Shown one piece after another: positions 1 to 32,849 of a DNA stretch of 64,000 bases. The notes below the pieces were generated by a model. That model was not told the origin of the DNA. It was given only the letters and a program-made list of their open reading frames with translations, and ran no database searches. The translations under genes were made by a program, and so were the position numbers. The stretch's first letter is position 1. Each line of letters starts with the position of its first letter. This DNA is from the human T2T-CHM13v2.0 reference genome, Homo sapiens. Where the stretch lies: NCBI RefSeq assembly GCF_009914755.1, contig NC_060926.1. One strand, written 5' to 3'.

Positions 1-1215
1 AGTCTCTACACACTAGTCCAGAAGTAAAAACTGACATGTTTGGTCTTCACAGTGTTAAAATGTTTGAATTAAATTTTAAAATATAGTGCTTTTAGATAAA
101 AATTCGGATTTCATGTTTCTCTTGAAAAATATGGAAGAACTAGCAACAGTGAACAATTGACTTGAGCTGAGGAGTAGGGGCCACTTTTAGAAAGGACAAA
201 CATTCTCTAGTTTGAGGAAGTCCCCATCTGGCCCAATTCACTTACATGCATATCTGTGTGCCTTCTGTGAGAACTTGAGTTTGGGACATTTGATTTAACC
301 TTATTATAACATTGAGTGAGAAAATTGGAGCCACATCAGCTAAATGATTTCCTAAGCTTGAAAAAGATAATTAGTGGCAGAGTCAGGATTTTAAGTTGAT
401 GTCAGCAGCAATACACTGAATATGGACTATAAATCAGAAGACTTAGAATTACATGCTGGCCCCTTCCCTTCTACATCTTAATTTCTTAACATTAAGCTTT
501 CATAGTTGTAAGTTGAAAGTAATAGTAATATTGATATGTGATTATTGCAAAGGTTAAATATCATTTATCATTATTAGACTCATATCTGCAGAGCAATTTT
601 AACCATGTCTGACAATACCTTTCTTGTTATAGATGGCATATGTTTAGTTGTCTTTCATAAAAAGTAATAACATGTTTTAACAAACTTCTCTTCTGAGTTT
701 AGTATGTATATTGTGATATTATTGTTGAGTAGCATTGGTATTTCATAGATTGATTTGCTTTTTAGTGAAGATATGAATATTTTTGCATATTAACTTTTTA
801 TAGCCTCAAATGGTAGTCATTTTTATAAGTAATTCATGTGTCAGGCACTGCTTATTTACATAAATACTTTTTAAAGTGTTAATAAGAAAAATTAAACTTA
901 TGCTATGATGTAGTCAAGTAAAATCCTATTATATATAATATCAGGTTTGATATTTTTTTCTAATGAAATGATTTTGCCAGTAATCAAAAACTTTAAATTA
1001 GAAAATGAAGATCTGAGCATCTTTATTGGCATAATAAAACTTAACTCTCATTGAATTGAAGTGACAATAACAAAGTAAGTAACACCACTGAATAGTCCCT
1101 GACACATGAAAGGTACACAAGTACTTTCTTATTGCAAATGTTTCTCTGCTTTAAAACTTTTGAGTTTTAATTGTTGCTTTTAAAAAGAGTGTTTACCTTG
1201 GTTTTATTTTTTCAG

Positions 1216-1413
1216 AGTACCTTCAAGTTTAAATCTGAGAGTGATATTCATTTGGCAGAACATCATAAACAGGTTTTGTATGATGGGAAACTTGCAAGTA
1301 GCATTACCTTTACATATACTGCTAAGGCCACTGATGCTCAACTCTGCCTGGAATCATCACCAAAAGAGAATGCATCAATTTTTGTGCATTCCCAACATGC
1401 TCTAATGCTTCAG
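1216..1413 (+). pseudogene. NBEAP2: Neurobeachin (NBEA) unprocessed pseudogene exon
   Basis: ttcag|AGT...CAG|gtgggt, 198 nt, translating [66 protein letters not shown], which matches recalled NBEA N-terminal region. The paralog number is inferred from the neighbouring C2orf27 loci. Confidence 0.85.
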
Positions 1414-2034
1414 GTGGGTGAATCATGGCTGTGTTTTCATGTTCTTGTCAGAATTTAACAGTATCTTTATTTTATGTATCAAACATTGCTCATCTATAAA
1501 TCTGTGACTTTTTGTTTCTTTTTTGGCTTTTGCAGATCTTTTAAGTGAAACTTTAAAGAATGTCTATCTTTTCTGTAGCAATATGCTCTACCCTGGCCTT
1601 GTCTCCTTAGTAGGAAATCTGTCATATCTATTATCTTATATATTATACAGCCTTTGAAATTAAATCAATTAACTGAATAAGTTAGTTGTTAGATATAAAA
1701 ACATACTTTGCTTTAAGATTGTATTACTAATATTCTGTAACATTAAAATTACTTGTCTTTAAATCCATCAATAGTATTTCTGGTTTTAAAATAACATTTG
1801 ATTTTAACTTCATATTTTTAGTGTAAAAATGTCTCAACCTAAGATTTGAAATTTAAAAGTGATTAGCAAATGTACTCACTTTTTTGTCTTATGTGTGTAT
1901 AAAAATTATAATTGAAGGCTTCAAAAATGTCCAACTATGTTATTTAATTCCCTTATAAAGGTATTTGGACCAAGGAAATAGTGATGAAAATCATTCTATA
2001 GAAGTTTAATAAACATTTTTGGTTTTAGACATAG

Positions 2035-2140
2035 GATGTGAAAGGGATAGTAACACATTCAATTCATAGTGCAATTCATTCAATTGGACAGATTCAAGTG
2101 CTTTTTCCACTGTTTCCCCAATTGGATAATCGGCAGCTCA

Positions 2141-2168
<28 letters not shown>
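2035..2168 (+). pseudogene. NBEAP2: Next NBEA pseudogene exon; gene truncated downstream
   Basis: atag|GATGTG...GTCTG|gtaagt, 134 nt, [44 protein letters not shown], continuing the NBEA frame of the previous exon. No further NBEA exons are seen before the satellite at ~4075. Confidence 0.85.
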
Positions 2169-18748
<16,580 letters not shown>

Positions 18749-18899
18749 TGACAGGCGGACAGGGGGTGAGGGGGCCAGGGGCATCTCCAAAGGAAGCTTT
18801 TAAACTCAGCAGCTGCACCCCAGAATCTGTATGCCTGCACCTGCCCAAGGATTTATTCATAGCTTACCTAAGAATTTCAAATTTCTACCATAACACTGA

Positions 18900-18905
18900 A
18901 ATAAA
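18900..18905 (+). terminator. Candidate polyadenylation signal AATAAA
   Basis: AATAAA ~180 nt after the stop at 18723, followed by T-rich sequence. Confidence 0.5.
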
Positions 18906-19229
18906 GTTTGACTTTTTGAAACTTCCATGACTTCTTTCACTCCCTAATATTGTAGATGGTGTTTTTGAGGCGATGTTGAAAACCTCTGATAGTTGTATGT
19001 TTTGTTGTGGTTCTTTCTGTGATTAAATTACCATCTGATCAAGTGATATTGAAAACCCTTCAGGTATGGCTTTTAGAAGACTTTGACCTATTTTTGCTTG
19101 TGTTGACTCTCCCTTCAGCCTTGTGGAAAGAGGGATCATGTAGGTTCATTTCTCAGGCAGATCAGTCACCTTTTGCCATCAAAGTTTTAGCATCCATTTC
19201 CAAAATTTGGTGTACAAGTTGATATTTTG

Positions 19230-19590
19230 GTGTTTTCAGCTAATCTGGGGTCAAAACAGAATGCCATAGATGAGGAAGCTTATAAACAAATTTGTTTCTC
19301 TCAGTTCTGGAGATAGCAAAATTCAAGGTCAAGTGGTTAGAAGATTCCAGGTCTGGTTTGGGCTTGCTTTGTGGTTCATAGACAGCCATGTTTCTACCAT
19401 GTCCTCACATGACAGAAGGGATGAGGGAGCTCTCTATGGTGCCTTCAATAGGGGATACTAATCCCACTCATGTGGTCCCTGCCTTCATGATCTAATCATT
19501 CCCCAAGGCCCTATCTCCAAATATCATCACATAGGGAATTAGATTTCAACACTGGAATTTGAGGGGGACAATAACATTTGGTCTATAGCA
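19230..19590 (-). mobile_element. MLT1-type MaLR LTR
   Basis: tctcagttctggag...tcctcacatg...gagggggacaataacatttggtctatagca. Confidence 0.75.
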
Positions 19591-20064
19591 TCAGAGCCTT
19601 ATGCACTCAGAGGAAATCCAAAATCACCTATAAGTATTTGCTGGTCCCCTCTGGGCTTAGGGAAATCTCTAATTGCAGCTCTTGATTCAGCTTGGTCCAA
19701 GCTTAAATTCTACATTTGCCTGCATAACTTGTTCATGGGACAGAGGGAAGTTTAGAGGCAACTGACCATTTGGAGTTTTAGGACAATTGATGGAAGAGGG
19801 CTTGGCATCTGGATGAGAAGTGGAGGGAGTATAGAACAAAGGCACAGAAGGAGAGAGCACAATGAGAAAAGGAAAGAGGGACATCTGGACATAAGGGCCA
19901 ACTGGAGGGCAGGGAAGGTAATTTTCCTTACATTTTAAACTCAGACCACATATCACATCAGAATCACGTGAGGGAGACATTTTCAATGCATATTCCTGAG
20001 TTTCTTCTCTTGAAAATTTTTATTTCTTAAATCTTGAGTTGTGCTGATTTATCCATATTTATCA

Positions 20065-20342
<278 letters not shown>

Positions 20343-20854
20343 TTGTGGGTAATTCTGATGCAGTTAGAAAACAAAGCAGAGCTTGACAACCACTGGGTTG
20401 GGACATATATCAAGAAGACATTTGATTATGTAAAATAACTGCAAAACAGACTGAAGGGGAATTATTTTAAAATGCTTGAATATAATTATATAATTCAACT
20501 CTTCCTATGTACGTAGTTTGACCACATATTTGATGTCTGCTGTACTAAGATTGGAAATGCGTAGTTTTTCTAAAAATCAGGTAGAAGCACAGAAAAAAGA
20601 AGTTGGAGAGAAAAGAAAACTAGCTGTTGTCTGGTAACAAGAGAAGAGAAGGGAAACGAAGTAGCATATTTTTGTTCATTGTTTGATGGCATCTAAATTA
20701 TGATCCCAAATATTTTTTTCTAAGAAATCCAATAATACAAGTATTCGGAGTAGAGTACCAACACTGATTTACTGGGAAAGAGAAGTGTATTCTGTTTTGC
20801 TGCATAATGTTGAGGGAGAAGGAAAGGAAAATTAGTTGAGTAAACAAGAAAGAG

Positions 20855-21373
20855 ACTGGTCCTCAGGGAAGCTGTCTGCCTGAAAAATCACAACTACTGC
20901 ACCTACAGATAAGCCCTGCACAGATGAACATGCAGGGTCCAGCACAGACGCCTTCTGTTCTTTGTGTAATTGGCAAGCTCCCAGGAAAAATTTTCCTCCC
21001 TTTTTCAGGCATATACACGGTGGCCTCTGTGGGAACTTACACAGGGAGGAGGGGGGCTCACCTAAAACAAACCCACAGTTATACAACAAGAGAAGCCCAC
21101 TTTGTGCTTGACTAGAGACATACCCACAGCTGGATATATAAAGGGAATTGTGCAGACAGTTTTATACATAGCTGAGAGGAGTTTCTTATAAAAGCTTTTT
21201 GATTCAACTGTAAAAACGGCAATCCACTTGGACGCCCTTGTCTGCTGCAGAGAGCTTCCTCCTTTTGCTTATTAAACTTTCACTCCAACCTCACCCGTGT
21301 GTCCCGGTTCCTTAATCATCTTGGTGGTGAGATAAAGAACTCCAGGTGATACCTCACAAGAGAGACTGCTACA
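20855..21373 (+). mobile_element. ERV1-class LTR (partial)
   Basis: TATA-like gatatataaag, attaaa poly(A) signal, end gagactgctaca followed by PBS-like ttgtggtgcc. Confidence 0.65.
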
Positions 21374-21908
21374 TTGTGGTGCCTTGGCGAGACTGCAACT
21401 TTAAGAAGTGTGACTTTTATTGCTGCTGAATTATTTTATCTCCTACCCAATTGAAAATAAAGGATATAAAGTGCTTAGGTTGAACACAAAGTCCTCTGCT
21501 CTAGGTAACATCTTCAGCGCCACATTAGTAGAGGGATGGGTGGTAATGGTGGAGTAGATGTCTCTTTGCTTCTGACAGGGTGTCTGCTTATGTGTTAAAC
21601 AAAATAGTATGCTATATATTTCATTAAGAAATCTGCTAAAAAATGAAGTAAAACAGGTTCATGTTCTTAAGAGGCACAGTATTTGCTACGGCAGCAAGAC
21701 CAAAAGGCTGAAGTAGCAAAAATGTGCATAGTAGTTACAAACATTTTCATATAAACAAAACAATGTGAGCATCTGTATATGACAATAACTCATGCAAAAA
21801 ATATTTTTTAACTGAAATTGAAATCATACATAACAAATGTTATCACTGTATTCTGAGGTAATATATTGTTTGTATATAGATGTTATAAATAATAACTTGT
21901 TTAAGTTA

Positions 21909-23226
<1,318 letters not shown>

Positions 23227-23539
23227 AGAGGTTGTACTGCTGAAAACGAGCTATTAATAAAAAAATTTCAGGAAACGTAGTGTGATTATTTTTAATAGAA
23301 GTGGATATTTTAATACAGGTCTCTTGTTTTTTCTTGTGGAAATAAATGACAAGATGGAATTTCTGGGTGTTTGGTATCTGAATATTTAAGTATAGCAGGT
23401 ATGGTCAGTTTTTCAAAGGCATTTTACCATCTTACTTTTCCATCGGCAACTCATAAGATATTATGTGGAACAACGTCCTCTCCAACAACCTCCAGTATCA
23501 GTCTTTGTAAAGTTTGTCAATTAAATGGGTGTTTTTTTG

Positions 23540-23850
23540 TATTTGTTTTTGTTTTTGTTTTTGTTTTTTGAGACAGTCTCACCCTGTCACCCAGACTGTA
23601 GTGCTGTGGTGTGATCTTGGCTCACTGCAGTCTCTGCCTTCCAGATTCAAGTGATTCTCCTGCCTTGGCCTCTCAAGTATCTGGGACTACAGGTGCCCCC
23701 CACCACACCCAGCTAATTTTTGTATTTATAGTAAAGACAGGGTTTCACCATGTTGGCCAGGCTGTTCTCAATCCTGACCTCAGATGGTCCACCTGTCTCA
23801 GCCTCCCAAAGTGCTGGGATTACAGTCATGAGCCACCGCACTTGGCTGGG
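23540..23850 (-). mobile_element. Alu with a (TTTTTG)n tail
   Basis: gagacagtctcaccctgtcacccag...gagccaccgcacttggc. Confidence 0.9.
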
Positions 23851-23867
23851 TTTTCTTTTTCTTTCTT

Positions 23868-23872
23868 TTATA

Positions 23873-23938
<66 letters not shown>

Positions 23939-24070
23939 AGTATATACATATATATATGTATACACACACACAGACACAAGTATATATATATATATATACT
24001 TAAGTTATGGGATAAATGTACAGAACGTGCAGGTTTGTTACATAGATATACATGTGTCATGGTTTGCTGC
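23868..24070 (-). mobile_element. (TA)n(CA)n microsatellite plus L1 3'-end fragment
   Basis: The microsatellite is followed by cagaacgtgcaggtttgttacatag, the L1P 3' end in reverse. Confidence 0.75.
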
Positions 24071-27000
24071 AAAATGTGCAAAATGGGTGTAGGTTTTGCA
24101 GGTAATTATTGTATTATTAAAAGATAACAGAATACCTAGCTAAAAAAAAATGCGAGGAGGCATTGATGGGCACATGTTTACTGAGCACATCCTGACTCCA
24201 GAATTAGAAGTCCAATTTATGCCTCTGCAGTCCAATAAAATTTTTCCTTAAGAATCCAGAGATCAGACTTTCATTTCAGCAAACACTCCAGTATGGTTTC
24301 TCACCTACTCACTCCAACGAAGCTGCTCGTATCAAAACATAAGTGCTATGCATATTGTTAAATTATAAATTGAACCATAACTCCTCGGACTTCGTCTTAA
24401 TTTATATATCAGCAGCATTTCACACAGTTGATCTCCTCCTCCTCTTTGTAAAACTTTTTTTATAGAATTCCAGAACACTTAACCTACTTTCCCTCCACCA
24501 TGTTTTTGATAATTACCTCTAGTCCTTTTTTGCAGGTTTCATCTTTACTATTTTTTAAATGTCAGAGGACGATTAGGCTCACGACTTTGACTGCTTATCT
24601 TTCTTATCTTTGCTTTCTTACTGATTTTTGTGTCATTAATTTCCTGATATTTCACATTACACTTAAATACTGGACACTACACCCAGCACTCCCTGACTTA
24701 TCCACATGGATGTCAGTTAGGAATCTCAAAATTAATATGTCTATATGGAGCCACTGAAACTCCCCAAATTTGCTCTTCCCCATTCTGTTTAATGGCAACT
24801 CCCATTTTATAGTTTCTCAGCTCAATATTCTTGGTGTCCCCTTTTAATTCTGTCTCTGTAGCTCTGTCACTCTCTTTCTGTATCTGTCTGATTCTCTCCC
24901 TCTCTCTCCTCTCTCTCTTGCTCACTGTCACTCTTGCTCTCTCTCCCTGCTTCACACACACACAAACACACACAGACAGACACGCACACACACACACATT
25001 TTCAGATCTGATGTGTATGGAATTCCTGCCAGCTTTACCTTTAAAGTATAATAATTCCAAATGTTGTTTCCAAATTCACATTCCCACCCCCACCACTTGG
25101 TAACTATAGCGCTTCTCTCACAAGGCCAAGTGCAGAGATTTCTTGGGGAAATAATGAGAACTATTATACATTCTTATTTCAAGGACCCTTAAAATTATAG
25201 GATTACTTTATTTGATACTAATTTAAGCTTCTGTCATTGCCCTTTTTTCAATCCAGTCTCCACACAGCTACCACAGTGTGCAAGTAGAAGTCTCAGCCAT
25301 ATCACCACACTCCTGCTTTAATGTCCCTACTCCATTGCTTCTTTTCTTCTTCAGAAGAGTTTAAGCTTAATGAAGCTGGGCAACGTTACATATTTTTCCA
25401 TGAGCTGGAGATCACTTGGTGTAAGGTAAATGATCAGTAAATATTTTCAAATAACAGAATCCAGGAATAATAGTTTTGTTTCTTTGAGAGTACATTTACT
25501 TTTAAAAATCAAGGAAATAGATTGGTCAAGAGAATTCTGCTTGCTTTGATTTTGTTATCGATTACATTAGATTAGATTAACTGTGTTAGTATAAGTGTCA
25601 GTGTGGAAAGCTATAAGCATTTCCTAAACTTTAAAATGAAAAGCGTGGAATTTAAGTATCTGCTCCTTTTATTTGAGCAACCAAAAAACACAACTTTTAA
25701 AATATATTTTAATTATGTATGAAATCTAAATTTATTTTTCTCTCTTTATCCCTGAATACTTTTTAAAGTTATTCATGTCCTCATTATTTTTTAATCCACT
25801 TTAATAACATTTTAAAATATATTTTCAACTTCATTAAGAATATCTTTGTGTTCCACTGAATAGCTTGCCAAATAATAAAACATTAGCAGTATAATTTCCT
25901 CATAAACATTATTTAATTTGTTTGGTTAACCATAGATTTCCTACTCTCAACTCATAATTTCATTCAAGTATAATATATTCTACTTGACCTTTGCGGGGTT
26001 TTCATACCATGTATTTGTCATTGAAATTGGTTTTTGATATTTGAACCACTAGTTTATAATTGTATTGTTGGTTAGACTGGTCTGTAGAATCTTTCTTTGT
26101 TTTGATTCCGTGGTTTATTCATTACGGAGTAGCTGTGCTACTGTAAATTTTGAGGTCAAAAGCTTAAAACATTTTATGTGTTTTAAAACAAAGTGGATGG
26201 CATTTAAATATCTATTCCTTAAAATTTGGAAGAAAGGTTAACACCATATAAACCCAGAGCCTGTATTTTTAGATTAGTAGCATGCAGACATTTTCAATTT
26301 CTTCTAAAGTTGAAAAAAATAAATATTTTGTATTCATAGAATGCTTGATAACAGGAGGTAAATATTTAATTTTCACTTAAAAGAAATTTGGTTACACTGA
26401 AAGGAAATTTGGCTAATATAAGTTAGATACATTTCTAATTAAAACAATAATTTAAGATAAATAATGCTCAAAGAACAGTGGTCACTGCATTTATTCCAGA
26501 GAGAGGACATTTATCCTGATCTGGCTGTAATAACGTAGTAGGTAGAACTGCTGGCGTGGACACCCAAGCACGGACGGGAAGCTGGTGTCTCAAGGGGTCC
26601 CGCTGAGATAGAAAGGGGTCAGGGCCCAGACTGTTGATGTCGCCTGGACCCAACCACCATGTCTCAGAAGAAGAAATGACCCTCCCCTCCTGGTGCTGCC
26701 CCAAACAAGGAGCTTAGCAGTGTTGCACACAGGATAGTCCTTGCAGGAGACATGTTTGACAAGCTGCTGAGGTGCCTGATGGGGCCAGGCTCTTGTCATG
26801 AAATGAGTTTGCATCCTGAGGAAACCTTTTCATTGGAAACCTGGCAGGGATCCAATTTCCCTTTGCCTTAACCCCGTAGGAGCACAGTAGACAGGGAGGA
26901 GGTCACCCAGGTGGCTGTTTCTGCTTGGCCCCCACTTCCCAGACCATTCCAGGCACGGAGAGCCGCTGAGCTCACTCCATGGGCTGCCCACGTGGGGTCT

Positions 27001-27438
27001 GGACCCAGCCGCCCTCCTGTGCCTGGCAGGCAGCCCCTGCGCCATCACAGGACCCATTGTGTGGTGATCAGTGGCCCATCGCCTGCCCTCGTGGTGGGTG
27101 CAGTTCACAGGTGCTGCCCCAGGCCTGGCACAGTGGCCTTCTCAGCCTGTCCCAGGATAGGGGACATGAATGATCCTTGCCTGTGCCCCTTCGGACTACG
27201 TGAGTTTGGACACTCACTGCAGAAGTCCCTCCAGGTCCCTTTTCAACTGAGTTGTGGGGGACTTGCTTAGTCCTCACGCCCAGGGTCAGGGGAGGGGTGC
27301 AGAGTCTGCACCCTAAATCCGCTAGGGCCAGAGGGAGGTCTCCCAGGTGACCTCTGTCCTCTCCAGTGACATGAGTCCTCCCAGATGGCCTCAGCCCTCT
27401 CAGGTGACATGCTTCCATGGTGACTCTGGCCCTTGCAG

Positions 27439-28779
<1,341 letters not shown>

Positions 28780-28990
28780 GTAAGGAGGCAAATGGAGACC
28801 CCAGGCCAGGGACCCTCCTGTCCCACAGTGCCCAGCTCCCCCAGGAGGGCCTGGCTCACCCCAAGCCCACAGGAAGCACAGGGAAGTTTCTGCATGGCAC
28901 AGAAGCCAGGCTCTCCCCAAGAGGGGGCATCACACAGCAGGGGCCAGGCCTCAGGCCCAGTGCTATTTTCACATTATTCATTTTATAAGA

Positions 28991-29188
28991 TGATATGGTT
29001 TGGCTGTGTTGCCACCCAAATGTCGTCATCTTGAACTGTAATTTCCATAAGCCTCACGTGTCATGGGAGGGACCCAGTGAGAGGTAACTGAATCATGGCG
29101 GCAGTTTCGCCCATGCTGTTCTCATGATAGTAAGTGAGTTCTCATGTGATCTGACGGTTTTATAAGCATCTAGCATTTCCCTTGCTTG
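28991..29188 (+). mobile_element. THE1-type LTR 5' fragment
   Basis: tgatatggtttggctgtgt...catgctgttctcatgatagtaagtgagttctcatg. Confidence 0.85.
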
Positions 29189-29328
29189 AGGTGATGAATG
29201 CCCCATTTACCCTGATGTGATTATTACACATTGCATGCCTGTGTCAAACTATCTCATGTACCCCATAAATATATACACCTACTATGTACTCATAGAAATT
29301 AAAAATAAAAATAAATTTAAAATAAAAA
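29189..29328 (+). mobile_element. Old L1 3' end
   Basis: ccctgatgtgattattacacattgcatgcctgtg...catgtaccccataaatatatacacctactatgtac plus A tail. Confidence 0.8.
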
Positions 29329-31384
29329 GTGTGAGCTTTTAAAGGTGAGGTTTACCCTCCAACCCTGGTCCCTGCCAGGTGTGACCTTCACGTCATCTTT
29401 CCACATGGTCCAGGCCCCCATCTGCAGAGGCCAACAGTTCCCAGAGTGACCTTCCTCAGAAAACAGGGTCTTGGAGGAGACAGTTAGAGGAGGGGGCCTC
29501 ATCCTCCCCACTGCACAGCCCCTCATGGGGATTGGAAAGTGAGGGTCTCTGCCCACAAGTTGGCAGTCACCCTAAGCTCTTTTGTGGGAGGAAGCATAGG
29601 GAATATAGGTCAGTGTTGGGGCAGCATTTTCTGATCCTGACTTGGAGAAGGTGTTAAAATCTTGACATTCCCGACTCCTCCTTTGTGAGAGCCCGTGCCC
29701 TGCAGGTCTCACAGGGTTGTTGTGAGGGTCACCTGTGGTGATGGGTTTGGAAGTGATCTGTGAATGACACAGTGGGCCTTCCTATTCCTGTCATTGGCCT
29801 TTCAACCTTCAATACTAATTGCCTGGGGATCTCCAGGCCTCAAGGTCTAATCCCGGAAGGGTATAAGGTGTCCCTAGTGGAGTATTCTACACCTCCTGGG
29901 AGGTCCCTCACTTCCACCTTCACCTGACATAACCCCTGCTCCTGTTCCCTCAGCCTGGAGAGCTTGCCCAGTAGAGCACAGGGTAGTACTGGACTGACCT
30001 CTTTGGAAAGGGTGATTACATCCTCATTTCAGCTCTCCCTCTTCCTAGCTTTCCACATAGAATTCCAGGGCTCCATGCAGCATTTGCTGGACATGAGAGG
30101 GAAAACTTTTAGGGCAGGGATCTGCCCTGGGTGGGGACAGAGGAGTATCGTGGAGTCTGGGTGTCAGGAGTGTGAGCCCTGCCCAGCTGGCCAGCCCCTG
30201 TCCCCATGCTGCTCGATGCATGATGTTTCCTGCACAAGCTTCCTTTTGAGGGAGGCTTCCAGAGTGACTGCAGTGAGGTCCATGCTGTTGGGGGTGACAG
30301 AGCAGCCCTGGAGGTGGCCAAAGAGAAGCAGGCAGAGGAAGCTCCTCCAAGCAGGCTTGGAAAGAAATTGCCGCATATCACTTACGTCACTCTTGCCACT
30401 AGAAGGACAATTTTTACAGTGGAGTGGAAGGAAACGAATATGCTGTGGGAGAGAAGGGATCCATCCAGAAGAGCAAGGCGGGAGGGGGAAATGTGCCCAT
30501 TGCCAGAATTTCGTGTCTTTTGAAGACATTTGCCAGAATTCTACTTTTGAAGGCTGCCCCTTTTGATAGTCAGTTACTGAGGAACCTGTGGGACATTTTC
30601 AAAGCCTTTTATATTAAAAAAAAAAACACAACATACTGCTGTGGGTCTGTGTGCAGGGACCACGAAGAGCACAGCTGCCACTGTTCTGTGTCGCAGATGC
30701 TGTGGGAAGTGCCTTAACACACAGAGGTTTGCTTCATGCAACTGGGTGAGGAACATCTCTAAAACAGTTTACAGTCAAGAAACTTCAGTGTCAAGGAGGT
30801 TGAATGCGTTATCCAAGATCACACATATGTCCTGACAGATTCGGGGTTCAGTGAAGAATTATGTATCATGAATTATAGGGCTGTATTTTAATTTTGCATT
30901 TTAAATTTCTGCAGTTTTCTTCCATCACTTTTCACCATGCATCCTATACTTGGAATTACTTTTTTTGGCTTCTTGATCTTCTTTACTTGTATGTTATTGA
31001 TTTTCTACAAGTTTTAACATATACTATTAAAGAGTATTTCTTAATGTTTTAATAATTACCCTAGAATAAAATATATTTACTTTGATAGATGTATGTATTG
31101 GATATTACAGTGTATTGTGTACATTTTCAAGCACATTGTGTTATACCAGAAGCATTATTCAACAGTGGTCTTTTTTTCTTTTTACCTGAACTATGTTCAG
31201 AAAATCTTTCCACCGCAGTACAAAAAGATCGATTTCATTTTGTTAACAGATGGATGTGCCATAGGGCAATTAACTGTTTAGTTGTCCTGTTATCCTGTTG
31301 TGGATATTTAAGTTCAAACAATGCAGTAATAAATATGCAAGAGTGCTTTCAGACATTAAAGAATATGGCTCTAAATTAGGGACC

Positions 31385-31674
31385 TAGTGCCTGTAATCCC
31401 AGCACTTTGGGAGGTCGAGGTGGGTGGATCACCTGAGGTCAGAAGTTTGAGACCAGCCTGGCCAACATGGCAAAACCCCGTTTCTACAAAAAATACAAAA
31501 ATTAGCTGGGTATGGTGATGCGCACTTGTAGCCCCAGCCACTTGGGAGGCTGAGGTAGGACAATTGCCTGAACCCACAAGGCGGAGGCTGCAGTGAGCTG
31601 AGATGATGTCACTGCACTCCAGTCTGGGAGACAGAGTGAGACTCTGTCCCAATAATAAATAAATAAGTAAATAA
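31385..31674 (+). mobile_element. Alu
   Basis: gcctgtaatcccagcactttgggagg...(TAAA)n tail. Confidence 0.9.
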
Positions 31675-31796
31675 TCTAGAAGTACAATTGCTTAGCCAAA
31701 TTGCTTATGCATTTTGAATGATGAGAGTTGCTGCCTAATTTCTGTTACAAAGGCTATGGTAATTTACACTCAAAACACAGAATTGGTTGGTTGGTG

Positions 31797-32070
31797 TTAC
31801 AGACGGAGTCTTACTGTTGCCGAGACTGGAGTGCAGTGGTGTAATCCTAGCTCGTTGTAGTCTCCAACGCCTAGGCTCAAGCAATCCTCCCACCTCAGCC
31901 TCCCTCCCAAGTAACTAGGATTACAGGTGCATGCCACCACACCTGGCTAATTTTATTTTTAGATATGGGATCTTGCTCCGTTGCCCAGGTTGGTCTCGAA
32001 ATCCTGGCCTCAAGGCGACCTCAGCCTCCAGTGTAGCTGACATTACAGGCATGAGACACTGTACCTGGCT
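31797..32070 (-). mobile_element. Old Alu (AluJ-like)
   Basis: ggctcaagcaatcctcccacctcagcctcc; diverged. Confidence 0.8.
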
Positions 32071-32263
32071 GAATGAGTGCCTCTATCCTGACACTTGTGT
32101 CCCCACGGGATCCTGCAGAATTCAGGACCCCGTCCACACAGGGGAAAACTCTCTGTTGCGGTCCTGATGACTGAGGAGGGAGCTTACCCATGGCTCTCCT
32201 GGTCATTTTTATTTAATAGTGAGCGCAGAACCTCACATTTTCTGGAATGTTCCCATATGATTT

Positions 32264-32845
32264 TGTGAGAGAAAAGAGAATAGAGACCCAACCCCAAGCT
32301 CACTGTGTCAAAGGGAAAATTAAGCTTGGGAACTGAGTTACGCAATACTCCTTCCTTGTTCTCAAACACATAGCTATAACTTCACAACCCTGTGTCATAG
32401 CCTCATCCATAAGCCAGGTTCCCACAGTGACAGAAGGCTGCATGTCTCCTCACATGTCCTCCCTCACAATTTGCTGTGAGCCCCTAAATCTTTCAGAATG
32501 CACATCCCACCTATAAACTAGCCCTAAAAGTGAGTCGGCTCAATTTCACCCTGACAATCTCAATTACCAGGTTATTTTCATAGTTCTGGGACAAGGTCAG
32601 GACCAGAAATCATCCCTCTGCCTATCCTGAGATGAATGAATCATTGACTTTTCCTCTATTCCACTCCCTCTATTCACATGCTGACTTTATCTTATGTAAA
32701 ATGAAGATTTACTGAATGCGAGATGAACACATAATTAACTGTTTCCTCTGCTCCCTCCTTTCCTATGTAAAATGTAGATATCCTGATGCTAATCAGAGCC
32801 ACACAAGAATGCAAACATATGCTTCACTGCCTACCTTCAGTCTCA
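32264..32845 (+). mobile_element. ERV1-class LTR (MER4 group), partial
   Basis: tgtgagagaaaagagaa...caaagggaaaattaagcttgggaactgag, with repeated tatgtaaaatg motifs. Confidence 0.6.
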
Positions 32846-32849
32846 CGGG

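Noticed and set aside
1171-1458. 95-aa ORF as a stand-alone gene or as functional NBEA
   Set aside because: It is an exon read through flanking intron from a non-ATG start; the NBEA structure is truncated by satellite at ~4075.
29964-30566. 200-aa ORF downstream of the TBC relic
   Set aside because: Non-ATG start, no recognisable homology or convincing exon boundaries.
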